Source: Octopus vulgaris
Taxonomy: Eukaryota
Direction: 5' to 3'
DNA: 64,000 nt
Assembly: GCA_951406725.2 (NCBI GenBank)
Contig: OX597818.1
Span: forward strand, 16,368,001-16,432,000
Under the pieces are notes generated by a model. The model saw only the letters and a program-made list of their open reading frames with translations, was not told the DNA's origin and made no database searches. The position numbers were made by a program, and so were the translations under genes. This document shows, piece by piece, positions 54,328 to 64,000 of this stretch. Each line of letters starts with the position of its first letter. Position 1 is the first letter of the stretch.

Positions 54328-54330
<3 letters not shown>
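53690..54330 (-). mobile_element. Internally deleted second copy of the maT-like transposon
   Basis: ORFs 53842-54063 and 53672-53941 match 50606-51172; 54080-54290 matches 50025-50225. Confidence 0.85.
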
Positions 54331-54358
<28 letters not shown>

Positions 54359-54359
54359 G

Positions 54360-56110
54360 CTAGCAGTAGAGCCTGGCGTTGCCCGAGATTAAGTTAGGAT
54401 TATCAAGCTAATAAAGTATTTGTTTCAAACCAAACTAAGTTACACCGACGTTAAATTTGAGCGAGATCCATTGATATTGGTAAACGTTTGGCTGAAAATG
54501 GGTTGCAGACAACTTGACTGGGAAATCCCACAAGGAATCGGTTTATCGATTTTTCCACTCATCGATTGTTTTTTTTTTTGGGAGCACTTAAAGCATTCAA
54601 AAATCCCATGAGTCCTAACTAACGCCGGCATAGGTTTCAACAAAGTACGTCAAAATTGGGAAAAGTTATAGTTGAAAATGGGGAGTAGCCAATTTTAGTG
54701 GGAAATCCTATAAGGAATTGGTTTATCGCTTTTACATCCTGATTGAATGGAAAACCCTATAAAGAATCAGTTTATTGATTTTTCACCCTAAATAGGACTT
54801 AACCGAACACAACATTGCTGATTCAAAAAGAATCTCTATATTTATACTTTAAAGTTGGTTTTCACACCCAACCCAGTTCTGCAGAATCAGTGTCATGACG
54901 GGTACGCTTGGGCTGGGAGTGTGACCGGCAGAGGTGATCAGGTTTCACATGCCGGCCGTTTCGAAACTTCTCCCCCATCATCTAACCCTGGCCCATGGGT
55001 TGGAAACCCTTCCGGCAAGGAAAATAGAACGCCCAAAAGGGCTCTCGATCCTCTGTGTCAGAAGAGGTTATGTTCAGATCACAACTAAGCCTTAACCGAA
55101 GCCTAAACTAAACTAACTAAAGTGGGCTCGGGAACCTCTAAAAGGCAGTGACTAATCCTAACTCCTCCTAGGGGTACTATCGTTCAAGGCTGCATCGAAG
55201 CTAAAGGTTGCCTCGTAGATCTGCATCGAAGATCTGCATCGAAGATCTGCATCGAAGATCTGCATCGAAGATCTGCATCGAAGATCTGCATCGAAGATCT
55301 GCATCGAAGATCTGCATTGGGGAAGGTTGCATCGAAGGTTTGTACTGGATAAGGATGGATCAATGGTTTGCATTAGAGATCTGCAGTTAAGAAGGTTGAC
55401 TAAAAGATTTGGATTGGATAAGGTAGCATTAGAGATCTGAATTGGAGAAGGTTGATTCGAAGGCTTGCATTGGGGATTCGGATTGGAGTAGCTTAGGAAA
55501 ACTTACCAACAGACTTAACAAAAAAATAAGGTTTCCTGGCCCTTCTAGCCTAACTCTATGAGCAACTTGGCCAAGCGCTGATATCAGCCAAGTGAGCATT
55601 GTTGTTGGAGAAGTCAGCATTGTCCAGTAAAGAAGAGGAAGAGTCCATGAGTCATGTTTGCCGTCGTTTGAGAATATGTCCGACCAATGCTTCCGGCTTA
55701 TAACCACATAGGCTACAATGATGACTTGTTCTTTCTACGTCTATAAAACTTCACTATAGACAACATTGCGTGTTCTGCCCTGAGGATCATACACAAAAAG
55801 AGCGTTTCTACTCCCCACACGAGAGCAGGCCACATGAAGTTGCCCATGTGAAAAGCACGGCTCTCCCAAATGGATGCCCGCTACCGATAGTGTTTGGCCT
55901 TGGGATTTGTTGATGGACATGGTGAAGCATGGCCTCACCGGGAACTGCGATCTGCGGAAGTTAAACGGCATCCCGAGAGATAAAGGTGCATCCTTGGAAT
56001 GAAACATTTTCCCCGCTCCTGCACCCCGTAACAATGGTGGCTTCAATAAAGTGGGGCGTCAGGGACTTGTCTACCAAGCGGGTCCCGTTGCACTGTTTAG
56101 GCGGATAAAG
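54360..56110 (-). mobile_element. Helitron 3' part including the PIF1-like helicase C-terminus
   Basis: FRRSQFPVRPCFTMSINKSQGQTLSVAGIHL..PCFSHGQLHVACSRV..NVVYSEVL (55741-56046); 3' hairpin then CTAG at 54360. Confidence 0.85.
55218..55318. repeat. 13-bp minisatellite (GATCTGCATCGAA) x7 plus a partial unit
   Basis: Direct inspection; degenerate units at 37390-37470 in the sister Helitron. Confidence 0.9.
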
Positions 56111-56243
56111 CGTGTAGTCTTTATCCCATTTGAGTTTTATTGAATGGTTCTATAAAATTTTCTTAACAATAGGATATATTGTAAGTTTACACACACATAC
56201 ACACACACACACATACACACACAAACACATACACACACATACA

Positions 56244-56284
<41 letters not shown>

Positions 56285-56839
56285 ACTTGGTGTTACTGTT
56301 GTTGTGATGCGTGTAGTCTTTATTCCATTTGAGTAGTTGTTTTGAGTGAAAACGTGCCGTTTGAAGTATTCATCTCGTTGGATGGTAGGTTTTCTTGAGT
56401 GGGGGATTAAAGCAGTGACTTATTTCTGGTATCATTATATCATTGAAGATTTTATGGCAGGAGATAAGTTTCAGTGAAGGCTAATCTTTGTTTTGAGTCA
56501 CAGAGTTGTCAATGATCTATCAGCTGTTAAGGTACAGCGTTCGGTAAATTCCGTAAAAAAATTTTATTTGTTTTTTTGAACTGGAAATGTACATTTAATT
56601 TGACGTTAGCATAAAGTGAAAAAGAGAGAAAATTACAGGGACATATGTATATGTTGATGGTGGGATGTGAGATAGAAAGTGTGTGTGTGAGAGAGAGAGA
56701 AGGTGTGTGCTGATGTGTGTGTGTGTGTGTTTGTGAGGGAGAGAGGGAGAGTGACAGCGTACATTTTTTAAATTTATTTTCCCTCGCATCTTTTTGGAGT
56801 GAGTGATTAACTGAAAGAGAGAGAGTGAGAGAGAGAGAG

Positions 56840-56890
<51 letters not shown>

Positions 56891-57228
56891 TAGCGTAACA
56901 CCCCTCTCTCTCACACACCAAAAAAAGATGCGAGAAAAAGCAAATAAAAGTTATGGTATCTCTCTCTGTCTCTCGCTGTTTCTCTCTCTCTCTGTCTCAC
57001 ACACACAGTAACATACACTTTCTCTCTCATTCCGACAACACACATCACTCTCTTTGTCTCTCTCTCTCTGTCTCTCTCTCTCTCTCTCTGTCTTTCTCGC
57101 TCAGTCAATCACGCACACACTCAAGAAAGATGCGAGGAAGACAATTTTTTTTGCTTATAACAGGGGAAAACAAAAAAATAGATAGAAGTATGGTTAGAGG
57201 ATGAATAATTAGTATAGACATCATGAGG

Positions 57229-57360
57229 GAAGAAGAAGAAGAAGAAGAAGAAGAAGAAGAAGAAGAAGAAGAAGAAGAAGAAGAAGAAGAAGAAGAAGAA
57301 GAAGAAGAAGAAGAAGAAGAAGAAGAAGAAGAAGAAGAAGAAGAAGAAGAAGAAGAAGAA
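57229..57360. repeat. (GAA)n microsatellite
   Basis: Direct inspection; not expanded in the paralogous region at ~11320. Confidence 0.95.
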
Positions 57361-57849
57361 AGGAAAAAGCAATATATAACAAGTCGGTGTATCTGGACTA
57401 AAGATTCTCAAAATGGTCAACGATTCCCAGAATACTTATAGGTAAAAGCAGAGAACTGGAGTTCAGAAAAGTGATTTAAAAATTTATAAACAATGTTATT
57501 TTTTAACGAATATGGTTTGGGTGCATTGAAGATATGTAAAATAAAGAAAATATAGAATATATAGAAAAATAAATTTGAAATTTAAAATTTCAGTATGTCC
57601 AAGAGCACTAGTATAATTACAATATCGTGTCATATAATAAGTTGGTAAGATGTATAGATTGAAAATTAATACTTAGTAACGTTGATATAATAGCCCTATA
57701 AAGGAGACTGCAGTAAAATGGTTTTATAAAGTTTGAAGATTAAGAAAGATATAGTTTAAAGATTAAGAAAGATAAAGATTAAGATTTAGAATGAGCAGAA
57801 GCAAAACTTTATATTAAGTTTTGCAGTAAGTTGCTAATTTTAAATGATA

Positions 57850-58520
57850 AATTGAATGTGAGAAACTTTTCGGAACAAATGCCCGATATACAATCACCTA
57901 AGAAGGCCTTCATGTATGCCCTGCCACTTCTGTCGATAGACAAGCAAATCATGCAGAGTCCCTCTTGGAGCTACGAGCTGATAGTGATAAAGAATGTGAT
58001 TCAGAGTAAAAGAGTCGCGTAGTCTGACACTTATTAGAATAGTGCAAGATAAAAGTAAAATTTAGAATAGCTGGAGAAAGCATTCCAAGAGATTAGGAAG
58101 AACCATTTAAGAGATTGGGGCATATATACGCTGGGACATTGTCAGATACGAGTCGTGGGATGCAGATCATGAAACAAGCCAGGAGTGGAATAACAGTTGA
58201 TTCGAAGCTACCAGGGAAGCAAACTAAGGTGCTTACATTTCGGCTTATATCCGCAACTTTCGTGGCCACTTTTAATATACGAGGTGGCATAACACGAGTC
58301 CAAATCATTGAGAAAAAGTGCAATGCATTCATTAGAAAGTGGTTAGGCGTACGTCGGATATTGAACAGCTCAGCTTTTTATCGAAAAGAGGCTCAATGCA
58401 ATTACCACTGGAGTCAGTAGTCGAAATTAATGTAGTAAGGAAGGTGTGAACGGTGATGATGCTAAGAGAATCGAAGGATGTAGAAATCAGGTGAAATCCA
58501 CCAGATTACTATACAAAGTA
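57850..58520 (+). mobile_element. Fossil R2/NeSL-like non-LTR retrotransposon RT fragment abutting the 3' end of copy D
   Basis: ITRVQIIEKKCNAFIRKWLGVRRILNSSAFY and downstream VMMLRESKD resemble the post-RT region of restriction-endonuclease-type LINEs. Confidence 0.6.
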
Positions 58521-58595
58521 GTTAAAACTGATGGAATAATTTCTGGAATATTGGAATAATTATATTTTTGGGAAAATGTTAATAGTTTCGTAAAT

Positions 58596-61340
58596 TCATT
58601 TGGATTCATTTCCTTTTGGAAATTCATAAATTGTGTGAATAACTTTGTGTGACAGAGACGTATCAAAATGAAATTTAGCATTAATTTTCGACAATACATT
58701 AGGCATCCATGAAGTCATCAATATCAAAGCAATCCGTGCGAATGCTGATAGATCAAAATCCTTTCGATTTATTATGTTATTGCAAGCAAAGAAAAAAGAT
58801 ACGATTAAAAATAATTTTACAATGGCTTTACCAATCTCGTAACTCAAAGGAAAATACTCGTTAACGATTGCTTCAAACAATTTGGCATCAATGTATTCCT
58901 CTTCATATTTTAACTGAACTAATTTTGGTTTTATAGTTTTGGTAAACATTATTGATTGAACTAGTATCCCTTTATAATGTTCCTGAATAGCGTTCATAAC
59001 TGTAAAAGCGTGAACGAAAAACATGGCAATAAGCCATATACCACCGACAGTATCAGGTTTAGCAAGCATTGCAATAGCTATTGAAAATATATAAGTGCAA
59101 ATGATTTGAAAACTCATAAGAAATACATAGCCTGAAGCAAATGCCCATAATATAAAAAACGGCAATGACGGCAATGATAAAATTTTATCAGGACACTTGG
59201 AAGGATATATATTTTTCTTCATTAGAGATAAAATATATTTTTTGAAATAACTTAATGGTAAAGTTAGAATCAAATATATGAATGGGATTCCGTAATAAAC
59301 GAGGCGGAGAAGTAATTCACAGATAGAAAATACAACAGATAAAATTGCAGCCAAAATAGGAAGCAAACATAATATAATTTTTATAAAAATATTACTCTTG
59401 CAGAAAATAGTCCACATTTTATGTATACGCGTAATCCACTTAACAAATATAGATTTCCAGAAATATGGGTCGGCAGCAATGAAAACTTTAACTTTAATTA
59501 TTGCAAGGAGTCGATCATAACCCTGAAGTGTAGAAAAAGAATCTTCTTTGAGTTTTGTATCTAATATACTTTCAGCGATAATCTCACTTAAATGACTGGG
59601 AAGAACAAACAGGATAAAGTTAAAAATTATGTAGCTGATTATCCCCAAAAAGGGACCCCAAACAAAACAATCTGAAAGTTCATAGCTTTTCTGGATTCCT
59701 AGAATGAAGGAGCGATAACCCAATGGAATGCGATCATGTAAAAATATTGTCACCGTTTCATATAAAAATAAGTAATACATTAAAAGATCTAGAAGAATTA
59801 CTGAGAGAGAAAGCAAAATAAGAATACCTCTTCTTAGTCTTGAAACAAACAAAGTCGAATAATGAAAACAAAACAACCAATATAAAAAATGAGAGAAACT
59901 GTAAATATTATGTTGTATACTAATCCATTCTGATTTGTCTGGCAATGCGTATTTACATAGATATTCATTGTTAGGTAATTGTTGCTGGTGAGGTTCTAGG
60001 GAGTTTGGCGATGTGTCTTCATTTTGAGAATTTAATCTCTCGTTAGTTGACTGTTGCTTGTTAGGTTCTAGGGAATTCGGCGATGTGTCTTCATTTCGAG
60101 AATGCACTTCCTCGTTAATTGATGGTTGCTGGTTAGGTTCATTTGAATTTGGTGATGAGGGTAGAATTTCCAAATGCACTTCCTCGTTAGTTGATTGTTG
60201 ATGGTTAGGTTCTAGGGAATTTGGTGATGAGGGTAGAATTTCCAAATGCACTTCCTCGTTAGTTGATTGTTGATGGTTAGGTTCTAGGGAATTTGGTGAT
60301 GAGGGTAGAATTTCCAAATGCACTTCCTCGTTAGTTGATTGTTGATGGTTAGGTTCTAGGGAATTTGGTGATGAGGGTAGAATTTCCAAATGCACTTCCT
60401 CGTTAGTTGATTGTTGATGGTTAGGTTCTAGGGAATTTGGTGATGAGGGTAGAGTTTCCAAATGCACTTCCTCGTTAGTTGATTGTTGCTGGTTAGGTTC
60501 ATTTGAATTTGGTGATGAGGGTAGAATATCCAAATGCACCTCCGCGTTACCTGATTGTGGCTGGCTGCAGGAATACGGAGGTAATTTAGCTTTTGATATA
60601 AACCTGATATACAATGGAAATATGGCCAACAGAACTGCTCCAACAACATTTGCACAATTGACAAACATACTGTTTTCAATGGTATTTCCAGAACAAATGG
60701 ATTTTGGTTCATAAGTAGTATTATCATTTTTATGTAGTTCACAACAATAATTCTTCAGTATCTCACGATAAATACCCAATATTCTGTACGCTAATAACGT
60801 ATAAGGACTGTTCTTCTGCATGTCGTGCGACAAATTCATAAAGAAACACATATATCCAGATTCTCCCATCTGCGATTCATTGATAAATACGATTCTCTTT
60901 AATTCCTCGAAAATCGAATATATTACATCGTATCGCTGAACATTTTGTTTTCCACAATTCATATCGATATCAATACTTGGAGTAGCAATGTAAGCGTCTA
61001 ATATATTAAATGAGCGAATTGAAAAGTCAAAGAGGACATTTTTATACATTACTAAACCATCTGGTTTATCTGGAATCCATGTGAAACGTCTCGCATTTGC
61101 AAAATAATCTAGTGGCACAGGATTGAGAAGGCCATCAATTTTTTTATCAATTATATGGACTTCAAAATTGAAAACTTGTTTGCCTGATCTTACTAGACGA
61201 GTTAAATTTTTAATGACAGTGGGAGAAATTTCAGTTGTACAATTATTTCTGTGTTCTTTTGCATATGTGTTTAGTGATGTGAGAGAAATAATAAGGATGA
61301 CTGATAAAAGAGGTGCTGTTACCATCTGCATGACAGCCAT
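58596..61340 (-). CDS. Uncharacterised multipass membrane protein, copy D (914 aa, intact, single coding exon, 24-aa tandem repeat after TM1)
   Basis: 2.7-kb uninterrupted ORF, paralogous along its length to 30162-32372. Confidence 0.93.
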   Translation of the reverse strand: MAVMQMVTAPLLSVILIISLTSLNTYAKEHRNNCTTEISPTVIKNLTRLVRSGKQVFNFEVHIIDKKIDGLLNPVPLDYFANARRFTWIPDKPDGLVMYKNVLFDFSIRSFNILDAYIATPSIDIDMNCGKQNVQRYDVIYSIFEELKRIVFINESQMGESGYMCFFMNLSHDMQKNSPYTLLAYRILGIYREILKNYCCELHKNDNTTYEPKSICSGNTIENSMFVNCANVVGAVLLAIFPLYIRFISKAKLPPYSCSQPQSGNAEVHLDILPSSPNSNEPNQQQSTNEEVHLETLPSSPNSLEPNHQQSTNEEVHLEILPSSPNSLEPNHQQSTNEEVHLEILPSSPNSLEPNHQQSTNEEVHLEILPSSPNSLEPNHQQSTNEEVHLEILPSSPNSNEPNQQPSINEEVHSRNEDTSPNSLEPNKQQSTNERLNSQNEDTSPNSLEPHQQQLPNNEYLCKYALPDKSEWISIQHNIYSFSHFLYWLFCFHYSTLFVSRLRRGILILLSLSVILLDLLMYYLFLYETVTIFLHDRIPLGYRSFILGIQKSYELSDCFVWGPFLGIISYIIFNFILFVLPSHLSEIIAESILDTKLKEDSFSTLQGYDRLLAIIKVKVFIAADPYFWKSIFVKWITRIHKMWTIFCKSNIFIKIILCLLPILAAILSVVFSICELLLRLVYYGIPFIYLILTLPLSYFKKYILSLMKKNIYPSKCPDKILSLPSLPFFILWAFASGYVFLMSFQIICTYIFSIAIAMLAKPDTVGGIWLIAMFFVHAFTVMNAIQEHYKGILVQSIMFTKTIKPKLVQLKYEEEYIDAKLFEAIVNEYFPLSYEIGKAIVKLFLIVSFFFACNNIINRKDFDLSAFARIALILMTSWMPNVLSKINAKFHFDTSLSHKVIHTIYEFPKGNESK
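59965..60545 (-). repeat. In-frame 72-bp coding minisatellite, ~8 units (EVHLEILPSSPNSLEPNHQQSTNE)
   Basis: tcctcgttag recurs at 60181, 60253, 60325 etc.; central units are identical. Confidence 0.95.
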
Positions 61341-61591
61341 GTTTCGTTTTCTGTAATAAAGAAAAATTGAACATATAAATTAATGGAGGTTTAATTTCAT
61401 TTTCCTTATTCCGTAACTATTTAGAATGGAAAATATTTATTCAAAACTAAAGGTAACTGTCTTGTAGCTTGTTTAGTTTTGTTTATTCTTTAATCATGCT
61501 TTCGTTCATAGTCATACTGTGTATATTTTCATATCAATCTCTTGACACTTCCTCTTGAAATTTTTATTGTGATTTCTTTGAGTGCAAAAAA

Positions 61592-61666
<75 letters not shown>

Positions 61667-64000
61667 GAAGAAAGAAAGAATGAAAGAAAGAAAAAACGGA
61701 CAGAAAAAAGATACATTTTACACGGTATTGGATGGTTCCTAGTTGAAGATTAGTCCAGTTTTATCAAAATAGTAAAATATTATATCAGTTGAATCAAGTG
61801 ATATTTGAACTAAAATTATGGATGTATATATATCATAATGAAGAAAGTTATTCATTAATTATATGTGTAACAGTTACTAAAAGAAAGCAATTATTAAAGG
61901 CTTGACCATCTGGAATTTTTTATAAATTCATGTTCCAAGAAATTTCCTGTAATTTTGATTTCTGAAGATTATGTAATATTTGAACTACAAGTGTTTTTAC
62001 AGATTTGAATATTCAGAGTAGACTTTAATGTTTAATAAACAATATTCGTTGCAGGTGAAATTTTCCATTTTCATTTGCAACAGTCTCTCACTCTCTCTCG
62101 CCTCTATTTTCATTGATGATAATTTAATATATATTCATTTCAATATTTTCATTTCAATTTTTAATTCGCTATTTGCAAATCCTACAGTTTATTCTATATA
62201 CGTAATTTTTAAAAAAATTATTTAATGAATGAATGAATGCTATTAGACAAAATAGCTGTATAACTTTAAAGCTTATGTTAATATCAGTTTCCGGAATTTG
62301 TTAAATGAATAATTTTGATAAAATGAAAATTTCTTAATATACCGGCATAAATTTTTTAATAAATAAAGAAGAGATTTTGTTGGTGGCTGTTTGGAACGCT
62401 ATAAGCCTTCCAATAATAAGCATGTGATCGCTGCTACTTCCAGCACGCTAAACGTAGTTGGGTTACCTTGAAGATTCTTTAAATGAGAGGTATATTACAA
62501 CAACGATAAATTACTGGAAGAAATATTTACTAAGCAACACTCCTAGTTTGGTTTCATTATTACACAAATATCACTTTGGAATTTTGTGTCCAAAAAAATT
62601 TGCGACTGAAAATATCAATGTGAAAATATTGTCAAGTGGCTAGCAGAAAACCACCCGGAGGGCAATCTTTCTGCAAGTGGGATTAATATTGGAAATAATT
62701 TCATTATTTTAATAGGCTGGTGGCAGAAAGTTGGCAGAATTGTTTGCATGCCGGATAAAATGCTTTGTAGTGTTTTTGTCTGTCTTTATATACTATTTTC
62801 AAATTCCACCGAGATCGGCTTATTTTTTCGGGGTCAACAAAAACTTCTATCTTTTAGTCGTTTCAGTCGTTATACTGCGGCTCTGCTAGGACCCCACCTT
62901 TAGCTTTTAGTCGAATGAATCAACCCTTATACTTATTTTTAAGCCCAGTACTCATTCTGTCGATCACTTTGCCCAACCGTTAATTTATGGTAATGCAGTC
63001 ACACAAACACCAGTTGTCATATATATATATATATATATTTTTTTTGTTTCCTTGTCCTGTCTTTTACTGTTTTTATCGTTATTTATACTGTTTTTTTCTT
63101 CATTTGTATTGCTTTTACGTCCTGTTCTTGTCACTTTTTTTTTATTTTACCCCTCCGCAAATGAATCTTATTTAATTCATTTTGCGGGAAGGATTGCTTC
63201 GGTGTTGTCGTGTTCTGCCCTTACCTTCGAAACAAGCATTGAGTCGAAACAGGGGCAGCTGAAGAAGGGGAATTTTCCTTGTGTTGTTTGTCTTGTACTC
63301 TGTTTTTTCGTTGTTAAAAAAAGTCCTTTTACTTGTTTGGTTTTATGTTATCGTTTCTCGTTGTGTTCTACGTTTATTTGTGGTGTCCTGTACTCATATA
63401 TGCATGTATATATACATATAGATGTAGGTACGTACATATATGTATGTATGCATATGTTTTATTTATTAAATTGTTATTATATATATGCACACACATATAT
63501 ATCAGTAAACAAACAGGGAGTATCAAGGATTGAATAGAAAGAACACAACAAAGAAAAAATTTAACGGAAACACAGCAAACAGAAAACTAAGGAATCCGTG
63601 ACAAGAGTAAAATTAGACGAAAACATAACCAACGGAAAATTCGACAAAAACATGGAACATCGAAAATTTGTAGCAGATTTCCTCATCAGTGAATGTCCAA
63701 ATTATCCTGGTGGTTTCTCTCTTTGTGTCAAAAAATGACTACTAAATATTACTTATATCAGCGCTTAAATTTTTTTTGAAAAGGATACATTGGCTATAAT
63801 AATTTCGAGTGGGCATTACGCCTTTGTAGACAGGATAGTGGTCGGAGATGGAACATTTTGTACAATAGAACTACTTGTTCAAACTTACCTTTCAGCTAAA
63901 CAATAGCAACAATACCAACGACGGTGACCACAACAACAGCAATAACAATAGTAAGAAATGTTTTCTTACCTTTTGTGAGCGAGTCACTTCTCAAACACGA
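61141..64000 (+). repeat. Segmental duplication, copy 2 (matches 1-2835)
   Basis: Near-identical to the window start. Confidence 0.95.
61351..63969 (-). promoter_or_regulatory. Putative 5'-UTR intron of copy D
   Basis: Same donor (63968-63969) and acceptor (61351-61352) as copy A. Confidence 0.55.

Noticed and set aside
55218-55318. 13-bp repeat as CRISPR or iteron array
   Set aside because: Spacerless minisatellite inside a Helitron.
59965-60545. CRISPR-like periodic array
   Set aside because: Contiguous in-frame 72-bp units with no unique spacers, inside a eukaryotic CDS; no cas genes.

Overview
This is AT-rich, microsatellite-dense animal genomic DNA, very probably an octopus/cephalopod (inferred from the tRNA-derived SINEs and repeat landscape); most short ORFs in the track are microsatellite artefacts. 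The main content is a minus-strand tandem array of an unrecognised membrane-protein family whose whole CDS lies in one exon: signal peptide, six-Cys ectodomain, about 8-10 hydrophobic helices. There are two intact copies (30162-32372, 736 aa; 58596-61340, 914 aa with an eightfold 24-aa repeat), one pseudogene (12727-14965) and the 5' end of a fourth (1-200). Bases 1-2835 recur almost identically at 61141-64000, implying a ~61.1 kb duplicated unit. Between the genes lie a small 5S rDNA cluster with two alternately oriented 5S types, degenerate transposons (R4/Dong-like LINEs, RTE, Penelope-like elements, Helitrons including one with an OTU domain, hAT, Tc1/mariner) and SINEs. There are also several minimal type-I hammerhead ribozyme motifs in short TA-flanked repeats and many foldback palindromes. 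All alignments and folds were done by eye.
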